This document shows positions 1 to 9,819 of a stretch of DNA of 21,240 nucleotides, in pieces. The notes beneath the pieces were generated by a model. The model ran no database searches, was not told where the DNA came from, and saw nothing but the letters and a program-made list of their open reading frames with translations. The DNA lies in NCBI RefSeq assembly GCF_004010195.1, contig NC_057720.1:27589899-27611138 (forward strand), in the 5' to 3' direction. Every line of letters starts with the position of its first letter. Positions within the stretch are counted from its first letter, which is position 1. The DNA is from Chiloscyllium plagiosum. Its lineage: Eukaryota. Position numbers and translations under genes: made by a program.

Positions 1-346
1 GAATTTCCTCTAATTATTTTGACGGAATGCCTCACAACTCCAATTGCAAGAAAATAAATCTCAGCAACTGCTAGAAATCTAAAATAGTATATATGTGCAA
101 CTCAACATAAAAATCCTGTGAATGTGCTCCTTATTTTTTCCATTGACAAGTTTTCATTTCAATAGTTTTGTTTGAGTCATTTTAATGCAGTAGTTCTATT
201 AACATAAGCAGAGGGTACCTGACTTCTTTGTACCATTCTCATAAAATATAACTCAATGGCAATACAGTTTGCATTGATTCATGTTAGAACTTGCTACTGA
301 TTTGAAATGGAGCAATCTGTCTAGAACTGAATGGTGATTAATTAAA

Positions 347-556
347 CAAAACCAAAATATTGTGGAAACTGAAAAATCTCAATTGAAAACAAAACATGCT
401 GGAAATACTCAGCAGGTCAGGTACGATCTGTGGCGAGAAAAAGTTAATGTTTCAGACGATATTAATGAAAAGTCATTTATGTGAATCATTAAGTCTGTTG
501 CTCTCCATAGATGCTGCCTGACCTACTGGACATTTCCAGTGTTTTTGCTTTTATTC
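347..556. mobile_element. Old palindromic insertion derived from the Penelope-like element 3' terminus
   Basis: Left arm (aaaacatgctggaaatactcagcaggtcagg...atctgtggcgag) is the imperfect reverse complement of the right arm (ctctccatagatgctgcctgacctactggacatttccagtgttttt). The right arm resembles the terminus downstream of the GIY-YIG remnant at 18940-19050. Confidence 0.75.
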
Positions 557-1698
557 TATAAATTAATTAAAATTGTCTGAAGTTCCCAATACATTGAAAA
601 CCAGAAAAAAAGAATAGAACTGTTTGGGATCTATTACAATTTGTAGAATTTTAGACATTGTATGTTGTATTTACAACTTTAATACCTTTCTGTTTGTGCA
701 TTTGTAGTGCAATGTGTAACAATTTTAAAATATGAACATTAATATTTTTTCAACCAATAGGATTTAATAATTGATTTACTGTCTGTTAGAAGACTGAAGG
801 AGGGCATAATTAAATGTAGAATTATTTAATATCAATTACAGATTAGTTGTTGAGTTTATTATAATCAATTCTCTAAACTGTACACCATGCTACACGAGGT
901 AAATGATTGAATTCTATTGACAGAATAGGTACTTAGTTTTAATTTCACAGACCTCATACTGATTCAAAGTATGGCTAAAAGCTTGACCAAAGAAATTTAT
1001 TTTCAGGAATGCGAAGTGGAGAGCCTTAGAAAAGCAATTCTGGTTTGGACCTATATCCCATGAAAAGTGAGGTAAAATAAACTGGTGGTTTGTTAGAGGT
1101 ATTGGTTGGTAGATGACCAAGTTCTACAAGTGCCGTAGTCCTGGAAAAGATTGTAGACACAGGAATGAGCAAGATTATGGAGGGTTTAGAATATAAGGAT
1201 GTGTATTTTAAACTGGAACATTGGTGAATTAATGAAAGAAGTAATTCAAATCTCGCATCGACATATGCACAAAATCTACTGCAACTTTTTTCCGACACTA
1301 CTTAAATTATGGAATATTACGTGAGAAACACAAATAAAAACTCACTTGGCTAGTAGACTGATGGAATAAATTTCAATTATTCACTTTGGTACAACCTCAA
1401 AATGTGATGAAATAAAAGATTTCTTCCCCAGTTATGACTTGAGTCATGACAAAATACCATTGAGCATTTAATGAAGAATTGACACAGTGTGACAGAAGAA
1501 GCATCCAACAAAAATGCTTTTTTTTTAATATCTCGGTTTATAGAATTATATGCCAAACCATATGTGCAAAATTCAAACTCTAATCCAAAGTTGGTGCTAA
1601 ATCAAAGAAGGAAAACATGTTTTGGGTGAAAGTTGTGTGTTTTGAAGGAAGATGGAGAGGTTGAAGAGAGAGTTCCTAATTAGAACTAGACAGCTGAA

Positions 1699-1916
1699 TA
1701 AAAACCGAAAGAACTGTGGATGCTGTGAATCAGAGACAAAAAATAGAAATTGCTGAAAAAGCTCAGCAGGTCTGGCGGCATCTATGGAGAGAAATCAGAG
1801 TTAATGTTTCAGATCAAGTCACCCTTGAAGGTTGCTTGACCCAAAATGTTAACTGATTTCTCTCCACAGGTGCTGCCAGACCTGCTAAGCTTTTCCATCA
1901 ACTTCTGTTTTTGTCT
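1699..1916. mobile_element. Palindromic Penelope-terminus insertion with 12-bp TSD
   Basis: Direct repeat tagacagctgaa at 1687-1698 and 1917-1928. Imperfect inverted arms at ~1734-1818 and ~1836-1916, with a decayed hammerhead-like remnant (tgaaggttgcttgacccaaaatgtt) at the centre. Confidence 0.85.
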
Positions 1917-2221
1917 TAGACAGCTGAAGGCTGCTAGTTGTGAAGTTATAAATGGGGTGCACAAGAGGCTATATTTAGAGGAATTGAAAGCAGTACATTT
2001 GTAGAGCTCACAGAAAAAAAGAAGTGAGACCATGTCAAGCTTTCAGCACAAGCTTGAGAATTTTTAATCAGATGCTTCTGGGGACTAACAGCCAGTTTAG
2101 ATCAGTAAGGGCATGGATGATGCACAGAACCTGGCACAGAATAGGTCATGGCAACATTTTGAATGAGCTGATGTTTACAAAGTGTGAAACCACGAGGGCA
2201 GTATTAGATTATATAGATGAA

Positions 2222-2320
2222 GTTAACTCTCTTTCTCTCTGCACAGATGCAGGCAAATCTGTTGAGTATTTCCAACATTTTGTTTTATTTTAATTTAAGA
2301 TTGCCAGTATTTAGCAGTAG
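2222..2320 (+). mobile_element. Decayed Penelope 3' terminus fragment
   Basis: gttaactctctttctctctgcacagatgcaggcaaatctgttgagtatttccaacattttg resembles the right arms of the palindromes at 347-556 and 1699-1916 and the terminus at 18940-19050. Confidence 0.6.
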
Positions 2321-2994
2321 TTTTCAGGCCTGAAGATGAGAAAGGATGAGTTTCAAGAACAAATGAGCTGAGAAGCCTTGTAACAAAGGTGGAAATAGAA
2401 TGTTTTGGTGCTTGAAGATGTGGTTAGAAGTTCAGTTCAGGACCAAATAGTCTGTCTTCAAATAACCTGTCTCAAACAAAATCATTGACAGAGAGACAAA
2501 TTGAAATAACAGCAATCTAAAGAGGCAGTAGATTGAAGAGCTTGGCAGAAATCATGTCTTATCGAAGATCTGAATTGGATAATCAACTTCACAGTACAAG
2601 AGATTGTGGAAGGGTAGAGAGAGTTGATGAATAGGTAGAGGTGAACAACTATAGTGATAGTTTTGCTCAGCAATTAAATGAAGGTGACGTAGATCCAAGG
2701 ATAGAATCCTGGGCATCAGAATGTGAACAGAAGACATTGCTGCAGAGATTCTGGTTAAGAATAGAAGCTTGTGGTCAATTTAATTAAGCTGACAATAGAG
2801 GAGAATTGTAACAGAAGCATGTTATGTTGACCATGACAGGCCAGCTCCAAAGTAAAGGCTTAAAAGTGCGCCATAGTCACCGTTGCATAATATATATCAT
2901 TTGTGACCTTTATTAAGATTGTTTCTGTGCTGTGGAAGGCACTGCTTGTTGAATGAAATCTTTTATGTATATATCAGCAGGTAAAAAAACATCT

Positions 2995-3153
2995 AGTTTA
3001 ATGCCTCATTCAATGAAAACATCTACAGCAATTCAAGCTTCACAACATTCAAATGTCAACCTGGATTATATGCTTATACTTTTGACATAGGGTTTGAGCC
3101 AGAAATCTTCTGACTCTGAGGTAAAGGTGTTATGACAGAGCCAAGGCTGACAC
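2995..3153 (-). mobile_element. Decayed tRNA-derived SINE 5' part (DeuSINE/SacSINE-like)
   Basis: The minus strand starts gtgtcagccttggctctgtcataacacctttacctcagagtcagaagatttctggctcaaaccc, a tRNA-like head with degenerate A/B boxes, followed by agcatataatccaggttgaca. Recognised from memory of shark SINE heads. Confidence 0.6.
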
Positions 3154-3825
3154 CTGAATGCTTTATCCCTCTGGGATGCAGCAGTACATCATTTCTTCGT
3201 CTTTTGCACAGAAGAGTAAGCCTAAACACTTCAAAGCCATCTCATATGTTCATACGTTTATCCCTGTTTAGAAAGGGAAAAAAAACAAAGTGCTCTAGCG
3301 GCATCTGTGAGGTAGCAAGCAAGTCAGATTTTGATTGCAAATTTGATTAGAACAGAAATATGTCATAAACAGCACTTGAAAAGGAAAATGGAAAGACAAG
3401 TACAGGTGAAAAAGAACCATGCTGAGGAAAAAAAATGGATTGGCGCACAGTTCTTGAATAAAAATAAGAAATGATTAAATAGCAAGAGTATTATAAGCAT
3501 GAAACAATAGAAGTTGCGATTAGAAAAAACAAAGAAGTAAAATACATAGAATGTATGTGAATAGTTAAAAGGAAAGAGGATGACAGATGAAAAAACTGGT
3601 GAAGAACACCAGACTCCAATGGCCCAGAAGCCAGGCAGAAAGAAAAGCATATTAACAGATTAGCACTTCGATTCTCCACCCCACTGTGAAGTCTCTGACT
3701 TTGGCCACCTCCCATTGTTCAACACAAGCTCAATTCGCAACTCTATCTTTCTTATCTTGCAACTAAGATTTGGGAGCAAAATTAGGCCATTCGACCCATC
3801 AGGTCTGCTCAGTAATGTGATCAAG

Positions 3826-3942
3826 GAGAAAGTGAGGACTGCAGATGCTGGAGATCACAGTCTAAGAGTGTGGTGCTGGAAAAGCATGGCCGGTCAGGGA
3901 ACAGGAGAATCGACGTTTCAGGCATAAGCCCTTCATCAGGAA
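3826..3942 (-). mobile_element. Short Penelope 3' terminus insertion carrying a hammerhead-like motif
   Basis: Nearly the same sequence as 5284-5409 and 6245-6317 (gtgaggactgcagatgctggagatca...gctggaaaagc...ggtcagg). It ends immediately beyond the hammerhead-like motif. Confidence 0.85.
3912..3939 (-). ncRNA. Minimal hammerhead ribozyme-like motif (best-preserved copy)
   Basis: Minus strand reads CUGAUGA-A-GGGC-uuau-GCCU-GAA-ACGU-C: both hammerhead core boxes, a 4-bp stem II, a palindromic ACGU in place of stem III and a GUC triplet. Stem I is very weak in this copy. Confidence 0.65.
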
Positions 3943-4077
3943 TGTGGTGGCCTAGGGTCCTAGAACCATGTAGAAACATGTTCTCCACATCCTATCTATG
4001 CCTCTCATTACTCTGTAAGTTTCAAAGCGATCTTCCTCATCCTTGTGAAGACCCAGAGTGAACCACATGAACTGTAT

Positions 4078-4322
4078 CTTCTTGGGTTTCCTCTGGGTGC
4101 TCCATCTTCCTCCTAAAATCCAAAGATGTACAGGTTAGGTGGATTGACCATGCTAAATTTCCAATAGTGTCCAGGGATGTGCAGGCTAGGGGGATTAGCC
4201 ATGGGAAATGCAGGGTTACGAGGATAAGGTAGGAGTTGGGTCTGGGTGAGCATCTCTTCAGAGGGTTGGTGTGGACTTGATGGGCTGAATGATCTGCTTC
4301 CACACTGTAGGGATTCTATGAA
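4078..4322 (+). mobile_element. HE1-type V-SINE, 5' truncated
   Basis: V-domain-like gggtttcctctgggtgctccatcttcctcctaaaatccaaagatgtacaggttaggtggattgaccatgctaaatt, and a LINE-derived tail gatgggctgaatgatctgcttccacactgtagggattctatga. The tRNA head is not recognisable. Confidence 0.85.
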
Positions 4323-4499
4323 TTTATAATTCTACTCTGGATCCCCTCCAAGGCCAGCACATTGTTTCTTGGATAGAGATTCCAAAAACTGCTCACAATA
4401 TTCCAAGTGCAGTCTGGCCAGAATCTTATATAGCTTCACCAGTACATCGCTGCTGTTGTATTGTAGCCCTCTCGGAAGCAAAACTATTATTGTCACTGC

Positions 4500-5155
4500 T
4501 TGTTTGTGCCTTGTCGATGGTGGACTGGCTTTGGGGAGTCAGGATGTGAAATACTGGCTGAAGTATTCCTAGCCTCTGACCTGCTTTTGTACTCACTGTG
4601 TTTATGTGGAAATCCAGTTGAGTTTCTGGTCAGTGGTAATCCCAAAAATATTGGTAGTGGGGAATTCAGTGATGATAACACCATTAAATATCAAGGAGTG
4701 GTGATAAGATTGTCTCTAACTGGAGATGGTCATTGCTTGGCATTTGTGTGGCACAAACGTTACTTGTCATTTGTCAGACCAAGCGTGGATATTGTCTAGA
4801 TCTTTTTGTATTTGAATATGGACTGCTTCAGTAAGTGAAGAATCACGAATAGTGCTGAACATGGTACAATCATCAGCAAACATCTCCACTTTTGACCTTA
4901 TAATGGAGGGCAGGTCATAGATGAAGAAGCTGAAGATAATTGGGCCTGGGATACTATCGTGAGGAAATCCTGCAGTGATAACTTGTAGGTGAAATGACTG
5001 ATCTCCAACAACCACAACCATCTTCCCATGTGCCAGATATGACTCGAACCATTAGAGAGTTTGTCCCATGATACCCATTGATTTATGAGAGCACCTTGAT
5101 GCAACACTCAGTTGAATACAGCCTTGTTGTTAACGGCTGTCACTCTCACCTCACT
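4500..5155 (-). mobile_element. CR1-clade LINE (family B) reverse transcriptase fragment
   Basis: ORF 4767-5021(-) has AGFPHDSIPGPIIFSFFIYDLP...MFADD, i.e. decayed GVPQGSVLGP and FADD RT motifs. Homologous to 10270-10700(+), 14350-14775(-) and 20600-21020(-). Confidence 0.9.
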
Positions 5156-5283
5156 TTGCTTGAAAAACTTCTCAGAACTGCTTTACAAATGATAACAAAG
5201 CTTTTGTTTTGGTCTCGGGATACTAGAGTCCTTAGCAGTTAAGTGTGCACAACCTATGTGACAGGAGCAATGAGTATACTAAG

Positions 5284-5409
5284 GGACAGTGAGGTTTGCA
5301 GATGCTGGAGATCAGAGTTCAGAGTGTGCTGCTGGAAAAGCACAGCAGGTCAGGCAGCATCCAGGGAGCAGGAAAATTGACGGTTCGGGCCAGAGCCCTT
5401 AGTCAGAAA
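5284..5409 (-). mobile_element. Short Penelope 3' terminus insertion with 11-bp TSD
   Basis: Direct repeat agtatactaag at 5273-5283 and 5410-5420. Mutated hammerhead-like motif at 5379-5406 (minus: CUGACUA-A-GGGC-ucug-GCCC-GAAC-CGUC). Confidence 0.9.
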
Positions 5410-5589
5410 AGTATACTAAGCTGACTTACTCACGATCAGGGTGTCAATAAGTTTGGAATGTGGAATTTTGGAGAATGGAATGACAACAGCACAGAGACTT
5501 GTAATGAACAAAGAAGCCATGCAGTTGAGAGTGATATAGAAGAGAAGATTGACTAATAAACAGAACACTTGGAATCAGGATAATCGAGT

Positions 5590-5905
5590 TATTTTGAGGT
5601 TGGCAAATTGAAACTAACCGTGATGCCTTGAACATTGTGGGGCCTCAACTATTTACGATCTACGGATTGGACTGGATGAAGCGACAGAATGAATTGTAGC
5701 CATGTTTGATGTTGATAAAAATAATAGGTAGGAAAGCAGACTGTGAGGAGGGTACAAAATGTCTGTAAAAGAATATAAGTAGGTTAAATATGTGGGCCAA
5801 AATTGGCAGAACATGAGAAGGTGTGAATTTGTTCATTTTGGTAAAAAGAAAAGCAGCATATTATTTGATTATAATAAGTTAAGAGAGACTGCAGAATCCT
5901 GCAGT
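5590..5905 (+). mobile_element. Highly decayed CR1 RT-core fragment
   Basis: ggggcctcaactatttacgatcta (GPQLFTI), gccatgtttgatgttgataaaa (decayed KFADDTK) and aaggtgtgaatttgttcattttggt (CEFVHFG). Confidence 0.7.
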
Positions 5906-5914
5906 ACAGTGAGA

Positions 5915-6565
5915 TCCACATCCCAGAGGTGAAAGAAGTGGCTGTAGAAATAGTGGATACTTGGTGATCCTTTTCCAAAATTCTGTAAATTCTGGCATAA
6001 TTCCTGCAGATTGGAAATTAGCAAAAGTAACCCCACCATTCAAGAAAGGTAGAAGAAAGAAAGTTGGGAAATGTATATGTGTTAGCTTGACTTCAACAGT
6101 AGGAAAACAGCTAGAATCCAAACTAGATGCTTAGAATATAATGCTAGGATCTGGCAAATCAACATGGATTTTTAAAAAGGAAATCATGTTTTAACAAACC
6201 TGTTAAAAGCTTTTTTGGAGTTATCAGGAGTAGGATTGATAAGGAAAAAAGTGAGGACTGCAGATGCTGGAGATCAGAGCTGAAAATGTGTTGCTGGAAA
6301 AGCGCAGCAGGTCAGGCTGAAGAAGGGCTCGTGCCCGAAACATCGATTATCCTGCTCCTTGGATGCTGCCTGACCTGCTGCGCTTTTCCAGCAACACATT
6401 TTCAGCTAGGATTGATAAGGGGAATGGCGGGGGGGTAGGTGGGCACAGGTGGTGTTACATTTCAATTTCTAAAAGGCTGACAATAATATCCACAGAGGCG
6501 GTGGGTGAGAAAAATTAAAACACACAGATTGAGAACCAGTTAACAGACAGAGTAGAAATAAAATG
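5915..6565 (+). mobile_element. Decayed CR1 ORF2 fragment (pre-RT), interrupted at 6245-6406
   Basis: Plus frame gives IPADWKLAKVTPPFKKGRRKKVGK..VSLTSTVGKQLES, then caacatggattt...ggaaatcatgtt (QHGF..GKSC), matching the motifs in 15203-16101. Confidence 0.85.
6245..6406. mobile_element. Young palindromic Penelope-terminus insertion with 14-bp TSD
   Basis: Direct repeat taggattgataagg at 6231-6244 and 6407-6420. Perfect 40-bp inverted repeat at 6278-6317 / 6368-6407. The loop begins with CTGAAGA-A-GGGC-tcgt-GCCC-GAAA-CATC (6317-6344). Confidence 0.92.
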
Positions 6566-6587
6566 AATCAATGGTTCATAACCAGAC

Positions 6588-7406
6588 TGTTGAATAATCA
6601 ATCCCAGACTGCGATTTATCAATTCCAAAAACCGGTTTGTATCTTAAAAAAAGGCTTAGCAACTTATTGAAAATTCAATAACTTTATTAGAGCAAATCTA
6701 AATTACAAAGCAATCTAATTGGTCTATGCTATAAACCCTAAAACATTTGTTTTGAGCTCCATTTACACAAAAGACCAACAACAAACAAACACAGTTAAAG
6801 GATAATGAAAATAACAGAACTTGCCAGATTATTTAAGTTGTTTTCATGATGATTTGTTCAACAGGCATAGATGAAAGTTTCTTTGTCGATTTTCTGAGGG
6901 TGTCAATTCAATATACTCAGATAAAGGCAGTAATACTTATAATTTAATTTTCTATTCTCTGAACGTCCACGAGCAAGTAAAGCAGGTTAGGCAAGGAGCT
7001 TTCAAATTGTCATGCTGTATTATCGACAGCCAGATTCCTTCTCTACAGAAACACAGTCCAAAAACCATTTGAAATGCTGAGCACTCCCTGACAGATTGAT
7101 TGTCTCCTCCACATGGTCCCAGCTGCAATTCAACATTTGCCATCTATTTGAGCATAAGGGCTTATCTCGACTTGCTGGAACAGGTAGTGACCTTGTTAAT
7201 GGCTTATTCTGTTGTCTGTTAAACATCATGCTTTTCCCTGGTAACAAAACATCTGCAGGATCTTTTGATCACAACTAGCATGCAACTAACTTCCAGGCTT
7301 AGTCTCACAACTAAACAAAAGCTTGTTTGAGCTGTTTTTCTTTCAATGCAAGTTGTTACCTACTGTTCAAAAGTCATCTTTCGGTCACAGTTCCCAGTTC
7401 ATAGCA
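6588..7406 (-). mobile_element. Possible solo LTR (~820 bp)
   Basis: Non-LINE block between two CR1 segments. Ends are TGTT...AGCA, flanked by ccagac (6582-6587) and ccaaac (7407-7412). A minus-strand AATAAA (tttatt near 6684) lies ~100 bp from the end. Confidence 0.4.
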
Positions 7407-7439
7407 CCAAACCAAAACTGATAAAAGAATAAATAGAAA

Positions 7440-8122
7440 TAATGAAAGTTCAATGTGGCTGAAATAATTTGGAAGTGTGAAGTTATCATATTTTGTAAGA
7501 AAAATAAATCAAGTATATTTCTTAAATGATGAGACATTGATAAATGTTTGGAATCCAGTTCAAGCAGTTAGGAAAAGAAGTGGTATTTGGCCTTTATTGC
7601 AAAAGAGTTTGATTACAAGCGTAAAAAAACTCTTGTTGAAATTGTATCGAGCCTGGATGAGGCGACATCTCGTTTCCTTATCTGAAGGAAAAATGTACTT
7701 GCCAGAAAAGGAATGCAATGGAGGTTCATCTTCCTGGTCCCTGGGATACTGGGGTTTTCCTGTGAGGAAATATTGAGGAGCATATTGTCTTGAGTTTAGA
7801 AGAGTAAGTGATCTGATTGAAACATGCAAAATTATTACTGGTTAGATGTAGAAATGATGTTCCACTCCTCGTGGAGAGTCCAGAACCAGAAGACATAGTT
7901 TTTTGAATAATTGAAGATTGAGAATAGGAATTGTTTTCACTTAGTGGGGTGAATGTTTGGAAATCTCTACTACAGAGGGTTGTGGATGTTCAGACATAGA
8001 GTATATTGAAGATAAAGATCAATGCATTTCTAGATATTAAATATATCAAAGCAATTAAGGATATTGTGGGAAAATGGTGATGAAATAGATCAGCCATGAT
8101 ATATTTAAAAGGCAGAAAAGGC
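7440..8122 (+). mobile_element. Decayed CR1 ORF2 C-terminus and 3' tail
   Basis: aagtgtgaagttatcatatttt (KCEVI.F), LLLKLYRAWMRRHL, gatctgattgaaaca (DLIET), gagtccagaaccagaagacat (SRTRRH) and the tail gatcagccatgat. Confidence 0.85.
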
Positions 8123-8124
8123 TC

Positions 8125-8448
8125 CAGAGGTGCAGCTAATACTAGAACACAATTCTTAAGTACAGCTGCTTGGATGTGGTCAGTCTTTGCTGTATCCAGT
8201 GTTTTCACCTGTTCACTTCTGTGAAGTGAAGTGATTTAAATTTGCTGAAAGCTTCCATCTGTGATGCTGGGGATCTCAAGACGAGACAGAATTACACCAT
8301 TCTCTGCATTTCTGGCTTAAGATGGTTACACAAGCTTCAATCTAGTCTTTTGCAGTAATGTGCTGGGCTTAATCATTTGGCATCTCTTCTGTCAGTTCTG
8401 CCTGATGCTGCTCCTTGCATGATGTCCTCACTCTTCATTGAACCAAGG
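8125..8448 (-). mobile_element. CR1 family B fragment (region upstream of RT)
   Basis: Minus ORF KTLDTAKTDHIQAAVLKNCVLVLAAPL resembles the K(A/S)xGPDxI..VLK....LAxPL motif; homologous to 9840-9935(+). Confidence 0.65.
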
Positions 8449-8451
8449 CAT

Positions 8452-9440
8452 ATAGAGTCATAGAGCTGTACAGCATGGAAACAGATCTGCCGGTCCAACT
8501 CGTCCATCCAACCAGTCCATCCAACCAGATATCCTAAATTAATCTAGTCCCATTAGCCTATATTGCTCCAACTCCTTCCTATTCATATACCCATCCAGAT
8601 GCCTTTTAAATCTTGTAATTGTACCAGCCGCCACCACTTCCACTGGCAACTCATTCCATACACGTACCACCCTCTGCGTGAAAAAGTTGTCCTTTAGCTC
8701 CCTTTTAAATCTTTCCCCTCTCACTTCAAACGTATGCCCTCTAGTTTTGGACTCCCGCACTCTGCCTCTTATGATTTTATAAACATCTATAAGGTCATCC
8801 TTCAGCCTCCGACACTCCTGGAAAAATTACTCCAGCCTATTCAGCCTCTTGTTATAGCTTAAAGCTTCCAATCCTGGCAACAACCTTGTAAAGCTTTTCT
8901 GACCCTTTCAAGTTTCCCACAGCAGGGAAACCAGAATTACTGTATTTCAAAAGTGGCCCGACCAATGTCCTGTACAGCTGCAACATGACCTCCCAACTCA
9001 ATGCACTGACCTAAAAAAGGCAAGCATACCAAACACCTCCTTCACTATCCTGTCTACCTAAGACTCCATTTTCAAGGAACTGTGAACCAGCATTCCAAGG
9101 TCTCTTTGTTCAGCAACACTCCCCAGGACCTTACCATTAGGTATAAGTCCTGCCCCAATTTGCCTTTCCAAACTGCACCAGTTACATATATCTAAATTAG
9201 ACTCCATCTGCCACTCCTCATCCCATTGACCCATCTGATCAAAGTTCAGTTGTACTCTGAGGTAACCTTCTTCGCTGTCCACTACACCTCCAAGCTTGGT
9301 GTCAATTGCAAACTTACTAACTCTACCTCCTATGTCAATGATGAAAGCAGTTGACCCAGCACCGATCCTTGTGGCACACTGCTAGTCACAGGCCTCCAGT
9401 CAGAAAAGCAATCCTCCATCACCACCTTCTGTATTCTATC
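8452..9440 (-). mobile_element. HER1-like CR1 LINE (family A) 3' ~1 kb, 5' truncated
   Basis: Reverse complement of 16125-17185. ORFs 9058-9282 (DSEEGYLRVQ..DQMGQW) and 8539-8760 (ESKTRGH...FFTQRVVRVWNELP), with tail ctctatgactctat. A 13-bp tandem duplication lies at 8502-8527. Confidence 0.95.
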
Positions 9441-9819
9441 TTCATTGACTAAATTAATTATTAGTTTTCAATTCCTTAGGTTAATCACTTCACTCAGGAA
9501 CTTCCCATAGCAATGCATTTAAGTTTTTCTATTGCTTCCTATGAGTGGATTCTCTGTATCTCTTTTAGCATAAGTAACAAACCAGGTTGATTTGAAGTTA
9601 GAGTGTAGTTTATTGTGACATTGATCACCTGAGAATAATTGTGTACCTGTCACTTCGATTATAAGAGAATTACGGATGTTGTATTGATATATGTTTGATA
9701 GGTGACTTTATTTGACATTCATTGAATTTTCTTTCCTCGCTGTCAGATTTTCAAATTATCATTCTAAATTTAGTTTTAAATTTAACTATTAAAAGCCAAC
9801 TGAGAGATACTCATAGTCT

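Larger units (their letters stand above)
3767..4470 (-). mobile_element. Decayed CR1-clade LINE 3' fragments, interrupted by a Penelope terminus and a HE1 SINE
   Basis: 3767-3825 (ggagcaaaattaggccattcgacccatc) is the reverse complement of a CR1-type 3' tail. 4335-4450 on the minus strand encodes an LYKILARLHLEYCEQFLE-like ORF2 C-terminal motif (compare LYRTLIRPLLEYCMQFWS in 16396-16881). Confidence 0.65.

Noticed and set aside
337..571. attaattaaa as TSD of the 347-556 palindrome
   Set aside because: Low-complexity AT sequence in an AT-rich region; not counted as a TSD.
1560..2945. Purine-rich stretch suggestive of an ancient antisense L2-like LINE
   Set aside because: No protein motif could be recovered by eye; too decayed to call.
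3292..3312. CTCF-like motif (minus: cctcacagatgccgctagag)
   Set aside because: Several mismatches at core positions; cannot be supported without a PWM scan or ChIP data.
3363..3650. Hydrophobic Phe-rich minus-strand ORF
   Set aside because: Consequence of A-rich plus-strand composition; no recognisable domain or splice support.
8432..9448. tcttcattga on both sides of the minus-strand LINE as a TSD
   Set aside because: The left copy is ~10 bp away from the element end and the right copy overlaps LINE-like sequence, so it is ambiguous.
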